From: the human T2T-CHM13v2.0 reference genome, Homo sapiens
Assembly: GCF_009914755.1 (NCBI RefSeq)
Contig: NC_060947.1
Length of the DNA stretch: 64,000 nt
Reading direction: 5' to 3' (one strand)
In this document: positions 1 through 15,687 of the stretch, in pieces
Layout: each line of letters starts with the position of its first letter
Numbering within the stretch: the stretch's first letter is position 1
Made by a program: the position numbers and the translations under genes
The notes under the pieces: model-generated
What the model was told of the DNA's origin: nothing
Database searches by the model: none
The model's input: only the letters and a program-made list of their open reading frames with translations

Positions 1-439
1 TCTTGTCACAACGATTTTCTTTAAGAAGGATCTTGAAAGTATACCACTAGTCAATCCCCCTTTTCTTGGGGTATGTCATTAAAAGCTAAATAAGATAATA
101 AAAAATTGCAAGTTTAAAGCAGGCTGAAGGCCTTCTTACAGAAGTGGTGGAGATGCTAGGCAATGATGGCTTCTTGTCTTATCCCTTATTTTCCATAGCT
201 GCTGCCAAAAATCATGTTCTCTGGACAAGATCTTTATATTTCATATTATATATATTTTTTAAGACACTGAGATGATGCCCAAGATGAGCATTACTTGTTT
301 TTTTGGTGTTGTGTAAGTTTTTTTGAATGCAGATACATGCAGTTATTTACAAGATAACACTGGAATAAAGAAAGTAAAGTTCCTGAAGTTGAAAACACTT
401 GGTTTACCATTATCTCCATTCCCCCACAATAACCCTGGC

Positions 440-540
440 AGTACATAAAAGAATCCATGTTTTATAGGACTGAGGCTCAGAGATGTTAAGTGACTTGTCC
501 TCAATCACAGTGTGGTCTCCCTGAATCCAAAAGCATCCCT
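440..540. mobile_element. MIR SINE fragment
   Basis: MIR core ACTGAGGCTCAGAGATGTTAAGTGACTTGTCC. Confidence 0.6.
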
Positions 541-1879
541 GGCTGCTCTGACACATGGTCATGACCCAAGCCAGCCTTTTCTCGTATCTGCAGCTTATCA
601 GAAGATTTTAGGACAGAAGATAATTCTATAAAGTGACCATATACTGATCTTAGCTGCCATCTCACTCTTTGTAGGGACACAGCTTCTTCCTGTGGGCCAC
701 TCATTTACATAGTTTGCTTCAGATTCTATGATTTGGGGAGCTATGGCCTGGAACATGATTATGTGAGGTTTAAGAACTCTGTATATGTACTGGGTCAGTC
801 CTGTGGTTGCTCTAGGGTCTTATTCTAGGGAACCACACTGCTCTGCCATTGTAAAATTTCTACTCTAGAATCCAGGAATTCCTCAAAACTTTTTCTTTGG
901 GGCACAAACAACCAGAGGTAACATCCTAATCTCTGCCATTTTCAGTGTGTGTGACCTGTGGCAAGACATTTACTCACTCTGAAACAATTTTCTTATCTGT
1001 CATGTGAGGTAACTGCCTTTCAGATTGGCTCTGAAGATTTCATGGAATAACACATGTAAATTATCTGACACAGTAGAGGGAGAGTGCCAGAGACCACTAG
1101 TTCTCTTACTTCATCCTCTTACTGCCCATTCTATTCCTTGGCTTCAGTTACCAGCCCATTATACTTTAGACCAAATATCTGCTTAAATCACCCCTGCCTC
1201 AAGTTTCCTTCATCTAGCTACTCAGCTTCTGAAAACAGAGGAAAGATTTCTGTGAACCCAGAGGGAAATTTCTTGGTCACAGTTTCAGTCGGGAAGGAAA
1301 TTTCCTTATTATATGGATTCCCACAATTTACCATATCTTTTGGTTAGATCCTAAGAACATTTCATGGTTGCCCACCATAAGCCTGGCCCTGTAACCTCTC
1401 TTTTTTTCCCATGTTTCCTGCTGATCAACAGGTCAGTCTCAGCTCCTTCCCTCCACAGCAACCTCTAGGTCCTCCATGCTTCAGCCCCTCCTCTGCCCTT
1501 TGCACGAGGAGGACAATTTCCATTTCTCCCTAAGGTTCCTGTCCGAATTCTTACTTCCAAAAAACAGCTCTGTAACTAAGAGCCCTCTTCAGGATGCTCA
1601 CTCCTTCATAGTCCTTAGGAAAGTGTACACAATTGTTTTATGCTCTCAAAATATTTAAAAATTATCTTCCCTCCATTCTAGTAGGCCTCAGCATCAGATG
1701 TATAGGCAACGGGCCAGAGGATCTGCAGAATGTTCTCTAGGATGAGAAGTTGCTGAAAGTGTTAAGAGCAGATGGTCTGAGAACCAAGGAGAGCTAGATC
1801 AGTGAGAAAAGGAGGAAGGAACCAGGGGAATCAACTGGGAATAATAAAGTTGGGGACTGCCTGCAGTGCACTCTACGTG

Positions 1880-2010
1880 GGCTTTAGTATCAGATAGACT
1901 TGGGTTAGAGTCCTGGTCCTCCCATACTAGCTGTCTGACCCTGAGAAAGTTAACTAACTTCTCTGGGTCTCTGTATTCTAGTCTGTGATGATAGACCATA
2001 AAGTGCATAA
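1880..2010. mobile_element. MIR SINE fragment
   Basis: Core TCTGACCCTGAGAAAGTTAACTAACTTCTCTGGGTCTC. Confidence 0.55.
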
Positions 2011-2059
2011 AATTATGCAACATTTTTCTTCGGAAATTTTTAAATTTTTCTTATTTTCG

Positions 2060-2290
2060 TTTTTAATTCTGGCAAAATACACATAACAAAATTTACCATC
2101 TTAACCATTTTAAAGTGTACGGTTCAGTAGTGTTACATACATTTACATTGTTGTACGACCAATTTCCAGAACTCTTTTTATCCTGCATAACAAACCCATT
2201 AAACCTATACTCATCAAAAAACAACTTCCCATTGCTTCCTCCTCCCAGGCTCTGAGAGCCGCTACTCTACCTTCTGTCCCTATGAATTTG
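2060..2290 (-). mobile_element. Old L1M 3'-end fragment
   Basis: AAAATTTACCATCTTAACCATTTTAAAGTGTACGGTTCAGT is typical of L1MB 3' ends in antisense. Confidence 0.6.
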
Positions 2291-2324
2291 TAAAAATCAT
2301 AAAATTCTACTATTACTTATTGTT

Positions 2325-2696
2325 TTGTTCTATTTGGGATGCTATAACAAAATACCATAAACTGGGTGGTTTATAAACAACGGAAATGTATTTCTCACAG
2401 TTCTGGATGCTGGAAAGTTGAAGATTTGGTGTTTGATGAGGGCTCACTGGTTCACAGATGACACCTCACTGTGTCCTCACATGGTAGAAGGGGAAAATGT
2501 GCTCCCTGAGTCTTACTTTATGAAGGCACACCTTTTTGGGGAGGTGATTAGGTCACAAGGGCAAAGCCCTCATGCATGAGATTTCATAATCTAATCACCT
2601 CCCCAAAGTCCCCATATGCTAATGCTATCACCCTGGGGATTAGGATTTCAACATATAAATTTGGAGAGAGAGACAGAAACATTCAGACCACAGCAC
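2325..2696 (-). mobile_element. MaLR solo LTR (MLT1A/B-like)
   Basis: GCTATAACAAAATACCATAAACTGGGTGGTTTATAAACAAC...ACATTCAGACCACAGCA. Confidence 0.7.
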
Positions 2697-4284
2697 TTAT
2701 ATCCAATCTGAGCCTTATTTTTTTTAAATGTTATTATATAATTTTGATTTTGCTGTACTTAATTTTAATTAGATTTTTGTTGTTCTTTGGGAGTTTGTTG
2801 TTTTTATTGTTTCTTTTTGCCAAGTGACATTTTTATTTAAGTAAAGTTATCAAGTCACAGGTAGAAAGCAGAGAAAGTAGTAACTCTGAAGGTAGTACTT
2901 AATGATTGAAGTTGGGAATTAATTAAATGATTAATTCAACATTCAGTGGTATGTAGTAAGATTTGGGAAGTGTCCTGAATGATCAGCTTCCAAAGACCAG
3001 GGTCCTTGTCCTAGAGGGGCTCACAGCTCTGTGGCAGAGACAGACCCATTCATCTAATCTACATGAATTTATTAAGTGCCTATGACATGCCAGACAATGT
3101 TCTGAATATTTAAGATACAGCAGTTCACAAAACAGACAAAGATTCCTGTCCTACAAAAGCTTATATTACCTCAGGGGTGGTGATGGTTGAAATATAATTT
3201 ATGGTTCATTTGATACAGTCATGTGCCCGGTCTCTGCCAATAGTGTTCGGGAATAAGGATACCCTCTTAACTCCCTCTCATGTACTATAATTTAATTCTC
3301 CACCCTGCGGATGCCAAGCAGAAGCATTGGGATTGAAGAGGCATGATCTGATGTGGTCCTGATGCAGTACCACATGGCACCCATGATGTAGCATGGCAAC
3401 ACAGCCTTGTAATTGTGAGAGATAGATCCATGATGTCAGTGCGTACTGGGGGATTTATAACTGTGGAGGGCCATGGTGACTGTGATCTCTTATCCCCATC
3501 CCAGCCAATCACCAGCCTCACCACAAGCTATCCTGAAAGTCTCTTGATTCATTTAAATTGTTTTTCAGAGTGGTGAGTAAAGTTTTATCATGCTCTGCTA
3601 TTAAGCACTACAGATTTCACTTTATAGTTTCTCAGTATTTTATTCTAAGAAATTTCCCACTAGTTCTCTTGATTTTCTGGGCAAATAATCACACCGATAC
3701 ACAAAAATCATGTCTTTTCAAACAGCGAGCACCTCTGTTTACTTCACATAGATTTCAACGTGAGATTTATATTGCCAGATTTTTTTCTTACTGTTTTCTA
3801 GATGTCTTCTGCTCAATATTTGCTTTTAACGTTGTTTCATTTTAAGAGAAAAGCAATTTAACAAAATATGCTGGCAAAAATTGTATATAAAGTATGATTT
3901 TAATGTTGTAAACTATGCATATATATGCCCACTCCCACACATACAGAAAAATGACTGGACAGAGATATGCCAAAATGTTAATAGTGTTTGTCTCTAGGTT
4001 ATTTCCTTTTGTGTGCCTTTGAAATTGTATGCCACCCTAAATAGTCTACCTTTATAACAAAAAATGGCCATAAAATGACATTTAAGATTATCTAAGCAAA
4101 ATTTTATATGATACAATAAATACCATTTGGCAGAAAATTAAATATTCATGTATTATCTCTTAGACTGCATACTGCATATATCAATAATGTAAAAATATAT
4201 TTCTAATTATCTTTAAATAAGCCAAAATTAGATCTTGCTCCATTCGGAGAATTTATAGTGAAACTCCATGATATTCTATTGAGT

Positions 4285-4386
4285 AAAGTTAATGGGTGCA
4301 GCACACCAACATGGCACATGTATACATATGTAACAAACCTGCACGTTGTGCACATGTACCCTAAAACTTAAAATGTAATAAAAAAA
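4285..4386 (+). mobile_element. Very short L1PA 3' end with A-tail
   Basis: ATGGGTGCAGCACACCAACATGGCACATGTATAC...CCCTAAAACTTAAA followed by an A-rich tail. Confidence 0.85.
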
Positions 4387-5179
4387 CTTTGTCATTTCAC
4401 TTGTGAATTCTTAAGCAGCTTTAGCCTCCCTTTGTTGAACAGGGAACCTGGCCACTAATTCATATCTACCTGTGAGTCCCATCCTAATATTTGAGTTTCA
4501 GCTGTAATACTGCTTTTCTCACAATTGTCAATATTTTCCTGTAATTGTGTGAAAGAAAGTTCACAGGCTGAGATGCTAAATCAGTGCTTTGTCATTTATC
4601 GGCTACATTAACTTTGGTCCAGTTACTCTCCTTTGCTGATCCTCAGTTTCCTCAGATAAAGAGACCTAATAATTCTTATTCGAATTTCTCATGATCAACA
4701 CATGGCGAATGGAAATAATAATCATTGTCATTACTCTTGATAGTCATTTAATAGAATGGAATGATCAGATTGCAGTGGAATTGCATTCATATTTAGTGGG
4801 GTAATATATCAGTTATTATTAACAGACAACTGAACATGGGATGACTGGGAATTTGAAGCACTTAAAAAGTAAACTTGAGGCTTGATGAGGTGGCATGGAG
4901 TAAGCTACAAAGGACTCCAGCTCCCACTTCCTGCCTCATCTCCATGCTGGGTGTGGACCAGGTGGCACCTGCTCAATCAAGAATGACTGCTAGGGTTCTA
5001 GTCTAGGCAACTAGGTAGACGGTGGTGACCACATCCAAGCAACTCCTTCCTCAGTGATTCAGCAACTTGCACTGTTCTGTGATTGACTATCTCCTCTCCT
5101 CTCCAGTTTCATTCAACCAGGAAATCAGCAATAATAAAGGCTGTAATTCCCTCAGCACCCACTCTGTGCCAGACACTTC

Positions 5180-5560
5180 ATTCATTCCAGATATAAACAT
5201 TAATTGAGGGCCATCTGTGTGCCAGGCAGTGTCCTAGGAGCTGGGGATTCTCCAGTGCACTAAGCGGTCTTAAATGCCTGCCTTTGTTCAGTTTATATTC
5301 TTGTGGGGGAGACAGTCATAAATAATAAATTTAAATAAGTCAACAAATAATGCAGTGCAGTAGTTGGCAATTCATGCTACAGGAAAAGTAGAGCAGGAAA
5401 GGGGGATTGGGAGTGCTGGTTGGTGGGTATGCCATTTTAAATGGGATGTTCATGGTCCGCCTCATTGAGAAGATGACATGTGAGCAGATACTTGAAGACT
5501 GTGAAGAGTAAGGGAACAGTGGTATCTAGAGGAACAATGCTGTAGGCACCGAGTACAGCT
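5180..5560. mobile_element. L2 fragment
   Basis: TTCATTCATT..TGTGCCAGGCAGTGTCCTAGG L2 3'-end signature. Confidence 0.55.
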
Positions 5561-6059
5561 CATGCACACAAAGAGGAGTTTGTATGCTCTGAGTTCCAAG
5601 CACACTGAGCTGGGCACTTGTGTCACAATTTTAAAATCACAGTCTAGGGGACGTGGGAAGGATAGAGAATTGCACAAGCAATTACAAGAAACGTGTAAGC
5701 ACTACCTATGTCAGAATGAAGAGTACTTTGTCAGCATTTGGCTTTTGGGCAAGTCAGATGAGCTCCCCTGAGGAAGTGCCACGAATCTCAGAACTAAAAG
5801 GATAGGAGGAGTTAGCCAGGATGTGGAGAAGAGTTTTCTAAACAAGATGCAAAGGTATGACCTTCCATTAGGAAGTGCAGCTTAGAATTCTGCCTACAGG
5901 GAATGTAATTGTCAGAGGGCACCAGCTGCTACATTCTAAAATGCATCTCCATGTTTTTACTAGACCACGAATCTTGCAGGCTGCTCTTTGCCTGTGACTG
6001 AGTGTAGCAGAGACACTAAGGTAGGACTGTTCCCAAGGGGCAAGGGACTCTTGTGATGG

Positions 6060-8630
6060 CTGACTTTATTGTCTGTTCATTCCATCTGCCCTTTGTTCCC
6101 TTTTCCCTTATTCTGCTTTTTTTTTTTTGTTTATTTTTGTGGATTCATTTTATTTCCTTTGTAAGCTTATTGGCAATAACTTTGTTATTTCAGTGTTTGC
6201 TCTTGGGTTTAAAATATACTTTTAACCTGTCATTGTATACATTTAAGTAATATTATATAACTTAATTTATACTATTAGAATGTTACAGTATACTCCATCT
6301 CTTTCCTCCCAATCTTTGTGTTACTTTTCATACATTTTACTTTTACATATGTGAAAATCCCTACACTACATTGTTTTTTCATGAACAAATATCTTTCAAA
6401 GAGTTTAAATAGTAATGAAATCATATACCTTAACCCATACAGTTAATATTTCCAGTGCTCTTCATTCGTTTGTCTAGATCCATATTTTCATCTGGTGTCA
6501 TTTTCCTCCTGCTTGAAGGACTTCCTTTAATATTACTTGTAATGCAGTTCTGCTGGTGATGAATTCTCTGATTTTGTATGTCTGAAAAAGACTTTATTTT
6601 GCCACTGTTCTTAAAAGTTATTTGTACTGTGTATAGAATTCTAGGCTGACAGGGATTTTTTTTTCACTCAGTACTTTAAGATATCCCTGTATGTCTTCAC
6701 TTGCATTGTTCAGAAAAGAAATTTCCTCTTTGTAATTAACGTGTCTTGTTTATCTGGCTGGTTTTAGGACTTTTCTCTGTATCACTGGTTTTGAGCTATT
6801 TTATTATCATGTGCTTTGGTATAATTTTCTTTGCTGGGTGCGGTGGCTCACACCTGTAATCCCAGCACTTTGGGAGGCCAAGGTGGGCGGATCACCTGAG
6901 GCCAGGAGTTTGAGACCAGCCTGACCAACATGGAGAAACCCCATCTCTACTAAAAAATACGAAATTAGCCGGGTGTGGTGGCACATGCCTGTAATCCCAG
7001 CTACTCGGGAGGCTGAGGCAGGAGAATTGCTTGAACCCAGGAGGTGGAGCTTGTGGTGAGCCGAGATGGCATGCCATTGCACTCCAGCCTGGGCAACAAG
7101 AGCGAAACTCCGTCTCAAAAAAAAAAAAAAAAAAAGAAAAAGAAAAAAAGAAATTTTCTTCATGTTACTTGTGCTCAGGCTTGTTGAGCTTCTTGTACCT
7201 ATGCATTTATAGTTCTCATAAAATGTGGAAAAAAATTTGGCCATTTTTTCTTCAAATATTTTCTCTGTCCTCACCCCTTGCTCTACTACTTCAGGAACTC
7301 CAATTGCAAATGTATGAGACCACCTGAAGTTGTCCTCTGGCTCACTGATACTCTGTTAGTTTCTTTAAATTATTGTCTTTTCTTGGTGGTTTCATTTTGG
7401 ATCATTTGTATTGCTGTCATCAAGTTTGGTATTTTTTTTCTGCGATATCTAATATACCATTAATCTCATCCAGTGTATTTTTAATCTTTCACATTGCCGT
7501 TTTTATCTATAGGTCATTTGTGTCTTGTTGATATTTTTCACGACTCAACTTAATTTTTTGAACATACGGAATACAGGTATAGTAACTGTTTTAATATCCT
7601 AATATGCTATTTCTAATGTTTGGGTCAGTTTCAATTGATTGACTTATCTTCTAATTATGGGTTGAATTTTAATGACTATTTTCATGCCTGCTAGGTTTTA
7701 TAGCCTGACTGGTGGGAACAGATGCTATTCCCATTTCTGCAAGAGCACTGGGTATTATCCCCTCTAATCCTGTGAGATGGTTCTTTTCTAGGCCTCAGGA
7801 AGTTACCTCACAGTGAGGTGCTGAGGGAGACCCTATTAAGACCTTATAGATTTTATATTTAAATCTTGATGCATATTCCTAGCTTGCCTTCCAGTGTCAC
7901 CAGGAGTATATAGAAGTAACCATTATCCTTCATATTCTCCAATATTATTTATGTGTTTGCTCTTTCATTCATTCATTTACTTACTTATATTTCATGTGAA
8001 TTGTTAGGCAGGACTGAAATAGTGCTCAGTCTAGGGCTAAGTTACACCACACTACTGAGAAAAAAGATCCTTATGAGTACTCTACCGAATGTCTTATGAA
8101 TCTTGAGGTTTTCTAGTGTGACTGGTGAGAACAGGCACTATTTCCAGTCCTGTACCTGTGCTAGCTACTCTTCTCTCTAATCCTATGAGATGGTTCTTTC
8201 CCTGGCCTCAGGAAGTTACCTAACATGCATGTTCAGAACAGTAATCTGCTGAATACCTGAGAGAGACTCTTTTAAGATCCCTGGGGTTCTCTCCCTTTGC
8301 AACTTTCTCTTCTCTGGTACTCTCTGAGCTCCAATTGTCTTGATCTCCTCAGACACTCAGCTCAGGGAGTCCATTGGGCTCCACCTGGTTTCCCTCTACA
8401 TGTGCAGAAGCCTGAAAGCTCTCTCAAGGCAATAAGTTGAGGCAATCTTTGGTCCCACCTTTTTTGTTTCCTTTCTCTCCAGGATCACTGTCCTTTGCTG
8501 CCTGATGTACAGTGACTTTCCAGTCGTTGTTTTATCTATCTTGTCTGTTTTTTTATGGGGGTGGGGGAGGGTTGTTTCAGGTGGGAGGTTAAATCTGGTT
8601 ACTGTTACTCCATTTTGTCTAGAAACAAGT
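6060..8630 (-). mobile_element. Ancient L1M element fragments (interrupted by an Alu)
   Basis: T-rich antisense L1-like sequence; the minus-strand ORF reads EKIFEEKMAKFF, like L1 ORF1. Confidence 0.55.
6833..7150 (+). mobile_element. AluS (Sq/Sx-like)
   Basis: Full dimer with A-tail, flanked by an AATTTTCTT target-site duplication (TSD). Confidence 0.95.
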
Positions 8631-9182
8631 TGATGACCAACTTTGGCTCAAGGATTCCCCAACGACCTTTCCAAACTCTACTTAGAACTGGTGTGCAATC
8701 TAAAATGCTTTCATCCCACCTGATTCCTTATTTCTCTCTCTTCCTCACTCAAGTTCAGACCTGAGGGACCCAAGTTCAGACCCAGCTCCCCCTAGTCTGC
8801 CATTCACTCTCACCCAATAAATGTATTATTTGTTTCCCCTCATAAATTTTGTGCAGGTTGAATCCTACTTCAGTATCAGCTTCTCAAAGGCTTGGACTAA
8901 CACAAAAAGCATGTGTGAGATACTTTGACTCCAAAACAACACATTGGAGTCTTATGTTCTTTGTGATCTTAACACCTACTCTAACGGAGGCCAAGTTTTA
9001 TTTACTGGATGTAGCCTGAATATTTCAAGACATACTTAGAATGTAAAATGTATATAACTCCATGCATGGAAGTAGCCTATTTATTGCAGTTAAACCCTTA
9101 CGGGTGTATATTTGTTTCCACTTTTCCACAGTTTCAAATATAGGTAGTGTAAATACCTTTGTTTAGAAATGTTTGTATATTT

Positions 9183-10850
<1,668 letters not shown>

Positions 10851-11729
10851 GACTTTAGAGGATTTGAACAACTCAAAAAAAGAGAAACTTTTGTATATCT
10901 GTCCAATCATTTCATGAAAAGTTTTTTATAAGTAATATGTCTGGATCGTATAGATTTTACACTGAAATTGTGATGCAATGCATATTCTTAGCCTGGATTC
11001 CAATCTCGCCAGAAGTGTATGAAGGTAACTGATATCCCTTATCCTCTCCAACATTATTTGATTATTTGCTTAATTAGTTTTAGTATCTTTTCCAGGGGTA
11101 GGATTAAAAAGGAAGTAAAGCAAGTCTCAACCTTTATATGACAATCTTGCTCTGGATAATAATTTTCTCTTGTTAAATAAAAGAACTATAACTGAAGCTT
11201 TCTTTCTCTTCAGTCTTTATATCATGATATATCACTAAATCAAACATGCCTTTGTCCTGATCCTCCAGAACAAGCCAGTAAAATGTTCTGATTTTTTGTA
11301 CCTGTTCCCTAAGAAAGGCCTCATGGCACAGATATGAAGAGTTCTGGCTTTGGGGATAGGAAGATCTGAAGCAGAATTTCCAGCTCCATCACTTACTAAC
11401 TGTTTTTTAGGCAAGTTACTGTAGCTCTGGGTGCCTCAGTTTTGCTGTACACATCTGAGGGGTAAGAGGAGTGAGAGACATAGACAAATTTTGAGCCCTG
11501 GTCAGAGACTTGAACATGGCTCCTATGACTTCATCCATTCTGTGAAGATGAGACCACAAGACCCATCCCTACTGCCCCTGCTCTCTTCAGTATGGGAAAT
11601 GGAAGGATACAGACAGCCTAGTTACAGGCTAGGAGGTACCATTAACCACGGGCCTGCATAAGTCACACATCAGTGAGGAGATGAAGGGTGCCAGGACCCC
11701 TGAAAATCTCATTTAGCTTAGCAGCACTC

Positions 11730-11922
11730 AGTGGTGTTCTGGACCCAGATCATATCAAGTCACAAAAGCTGATCTCTAAATACCCCAGGAATTTTTCAAA
11801 CCATTTATGAAATTGTCAACAACTTGAAATCTGCGATGATGGAAGTATTTACACCACAGACATTAGCTAGCAAATGCTACACATCAGTGTCATCCTTCCA
11901 CACCCCATTACCTCACCAGTAC
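11730..11922. mobile_element. hAT DNA transposon remnant (MER63-like)
   Basis: Begins CAGTGGTGTTCTGG and contains GTATTTACACCAC..GCAAATGCTACA. Assignment is from recall. Confidence 0.45.
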
Positions 11923-13929
11923 TTTTCTTTTTGTTTATACTTTCAATGTACATGCTTCACTTTATCCTTAGTTAAGTTGTACTAAGAAGAGGTAAAATAA
12001 TATGCTGCAAAGTTATGGAGCTAATCCTCATAGCTTATTTTGTAGTCATCCGTACCAACAGTGGAGTCCCAGCTTTTCAATGAACATTGTAGGAACAGGC
12101 ACAACCCTGAGTGGGTTTAACAAATCTATTGAGGAGCCAAAGGGGATGGATGAGGCTTGTCAAATTCTCTGAGATGGTCCCCAGGGTCAGCAGACAACTG
12201 ATCCATATCTCCCTGGTGATGAGAAAGGACCAGAAATGAACCCCTTGACAGAGCTAGGGTAACTTAGTTAAGATACATTTTTTATATAGCAGAAAACATG
12301 ACTAAATAGGTTTAATCTATGATGAAAAATTATCTCATATAACAAAAAGTCCATAAGTATGATGGTTTCAGGCATGATTAATTTCATAGTTCTATGACAC
12401 TGTAAAGTAACAAACTCTGTATTTTTGGGCTTCTGTCCTTACTGGATAGGCTTCTCCTCAGCCAGGATCTCCTCGTGTTACCAAAATTGTGGCTACAATT
12501 CCAGGCACCATATTCAGACACAATGACATTCAGTGGAAAACAAGGGCCTGACACTTGCTATGTGGATTCTATTATGAGCAAGGAAACCTCCTGAAATGCC
12601 AGAAATTAGATTGCACTTCCAGTCAGCTCATTCTGAACCTGAATAAAATATTGTTCTATTTGTGGAATTTATTACGAATTCCCATGTTCCACCCAGTAAA
12701 AATATAAAGATTATTAGCTACGCTCTTCCATCCAGATTTAACCTTTGTTGGATGAGTAGGAATTTTTGATGTGTGGTTTCATACTTGATTATTACCCCTT
12801 ACTAATGTCTGATATTTAACTATCACTCTAGATACATAAAATAGTATCCTAAATTATGTTAGGTCCTGGGATTCAAGGGGGGAAAAGATACATATGACCC
12901 CTGCCCTCAAGGAACTCCTACTCTGTTAGGAAAGATTCCATAAAATAAGCACTGACAAGAAACTGTGATAAGTGCTTTGTATTAAGGAGAAGGCAATTGT
13001 ATGGATTTTGTCTGCACATGACAGGAAATAATCTAACTTCAAGAAGGCAGACAAAGCCTCCTAGAGAAATATAAGTGTAACTTGAAAGATGGAGATTAAG
13101 TAGCAATTAGCCAGATGGAGAGGGAAAGCATCCTACACAGAGGGAACAACATGGGTGAGGTTATGAAAATCAGAGAGAAAATGGGCCATCTGATGAACAG
13201 AAAGTTGTTCAGATTGGCTGGAACATAGCATGTAGGATACTGTTTCATGATACTGCCTGAAATATAGTAGGCTTCTTTGAATATATATTGGGTTAATTAA
13301 TCTTTTTAATGACCCTGATTGGAAAAACATCCCCTTAAGTCTTGGATGAGTACTGAAGGGTTATTTGTGTAGGCACCAGTCTGTAACAATTCCTCAGTCT
13401 TTCCAGCATGCCACATTATATTTAGATGTCATGTCGCCTCAGTCTTCTAGAATCAGCCATTTATCCCAGAAGCCCTGGTTCTTTTTATTAGAGAATGGTA
13501 TAAAGAAACCAAGACCTGGGTGTCAGGTGTGCTCATTGCAGCTAATGGTATAAAATTCACAAGATACAGCATAATAATTAGAAAACTAGTAGACCTTTGG
13601 CTTCCATGCTTTCAGGAGGGGAGCAAGCCTGGACCAAGGAAGCCACTTTAATATGACTTTCACTGTATGTTCAATTATTAACATGCTTCACTGTTGTTGG
13701 TATAATTTCTATTTGGGGTAGAAAGATGTTTTCTACCATAAAAAAATACAAAGCGTTTTTGTGACCCTCCCTGTTCTTTCTTTTACCTCCACCACTTTTT
13801 TTTGCAGTTTAACAACTTTTGGCTGCGGTCTTTTCCTCACTAATTTCAAGTAATTTGAGAACGTCAAGCTTCAATTTCCTGTCCAGCCCTGAAGATCCAA
13901 TAAGAGCTTCAAGCTGGGACTGTAACTTC

Positions 13930-14526
13930 ATGGATCCACCACAGAGAGTCACTCCAACTTTGAATTCTGATTCATCTCTGATTCCAACCAAAGAAATGCC
14001 CCAGAAAGTTACATCAACCTCCCAAACATCCTTCCCTGAAATGCAAAACCTGGGCCCAATTAACTTCAACCATGGTCCTTGTAGCAACTACGTCAACCCT
14101 CAGCCAGAGGGGCTGCTCCAACTGCAGTATGAAGATGAGATGACCCAACAAGAGAGGCAATGGGAAAGGTCAGCATTCCCTGAGAAGAAAAAGATATTCA
14201 TGGAGAACATAAGACAGAAAATCCTCAATCCCATGGCACCTTACTGGGCTGAAGGGAAAGTAAAAATCTCTTCCTCATATGATAAAGATAAAAATAAATG
14301 TAAATATCTTTACTGCCAGATCTATAGGGAGGATAATTCTAGGAGCCCTAGTGGGTAGAATCCATCCTCTTGGAAAACGCTAGTGCAGGGCCTTAACCAC
14401 TTGACCTTCAGCCCTGGTACCATACAGACCTGTCATCTACCAGAGGAGCTGCTCAAGAGAAGTAAAGAGAGAAGAGCCATCATGAGAGCCAGAAGAAAGG
14501 CAAAAGAGCCTAGGCTCCTAAAATGA
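13930..14526 (+). pseudogene. FAM156/TMEM29-family paralogue: 142-aa ORF (13930-14358) ended by an in-frame TAG, with homology continuing to 14526
   Basis: Translation shares motifs with FAM156A as I recall it: MDP-Q, PEGLL-x-Y-x-E-x-T-x-ER-WER, KK-F, MAPY, YCQ. After the TAG it continues PSSWKTLVQGLNHLTFSPGT..LPE..RLLK. A polypyrimidine tract with CAG acceptor ends at 13807. Confidence 0.8.
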
Positions 14527-14820
14527 CAGTCGAAATAAATCGAAGACTCTAATCCTCGTGATTAGATCAGAATTGATTCAGATGTGTGAATATTGATTTT
14601 AGCCAGTTGCTTGGGTGGAAATTTTTGGGAACTATACAATTAGGAATGGTCATTAGAAGCAGCAAGAACCAGTATTTTGACAAAAAAAAATTGTATCAGT
14701 ATGAGATTTGATCTAGTTCTAGGAAAGCAACGATCATTTTCCCAGTAATTTTAGAGTTAATCTGGGAAATACTGGGATGATCTACTCTGCGGCAAGGAAG
14801 ATGGGTAAACAATGGTTCTT

Positions 14821-15031
14821 TTTATTATTATTATTATACTTTAAGTTCTAGGGCACATGTGCACAATGTGCAGGTTTGTTACATAGGTATACATGTGCCA
14901 TGTTGGTTTGCTGCACCCATCAACTCATCATTTACATTAGGTATTTCTCCTAATGCTATCCCTCCCCCAGACCCCACCCCCCGACAGGCCCCAGTGTGTG
15001 ATGTTCCCCGCTCTGTGTCCAAGTGTTCTCA
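14821..15031 (-). mobile_element. L1PA (PA7-like) 3' fragment
   Basis: Antisense L1 3' end, flanked by TSD TAAACAATGGTTCTT (14806-14820) / TAAACAATGCTTCTT (15032-15046). Confidence 0.9.
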
Positions 15032-15400
15032 TAAACAATGCTTCTTAACTTATTATTTAGTTTTTATGATAGGACCTGTCTTTCTTCTCCTTAGATCTCT
15101 TTTTCCCCATCCTGTTTCCAGTAAGGTATAAAGGATATGTGTAGTGTAAATGTCTTGCTGGTTTTGAAATGTTTTTGTTCAGTCTCATGGATTGACCAAA
15201 AGGAAAAAAAAAGCAAAAACACAATGTCTGATGAAATTTATTTGTGTTTTGGAATTCTGAGGTTAATAAAAAGATGAGATCCACTTTTAAAGTTTTGAAT
15301 CAAAAGAATGTGTGACAAAAGGATGTGTGAATAGAATTTGTGGGCTTCACATTGAATTGTTTGGATAAACTACTTTTCATGAGGCACGTATAGGAAAAAA

Positions 15401-15687
<287 letters not shown>

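Noticed and set aside
1-400. 3'UTR-like AT-rich stretch with AATAAA at ~364
   Set aside because: No upstream coding context is in the window, and AATAAA is common in AT-rich DNA.
6807-7274. 155-aa ORF and the many similar Alu-derived ORFs (e.g. 29881, 32795, 52563, 54126, 63481)
   Set aside because: They are translations of Alu or L1 repeats, not genes.
13819-13929. N-terminal extension of the FAM156-like ORF in the ORF track
   Set aside because: It starts at TTG. Family similarity begins at ATG 13930 (MDP), so this is more likely 5' UTR.
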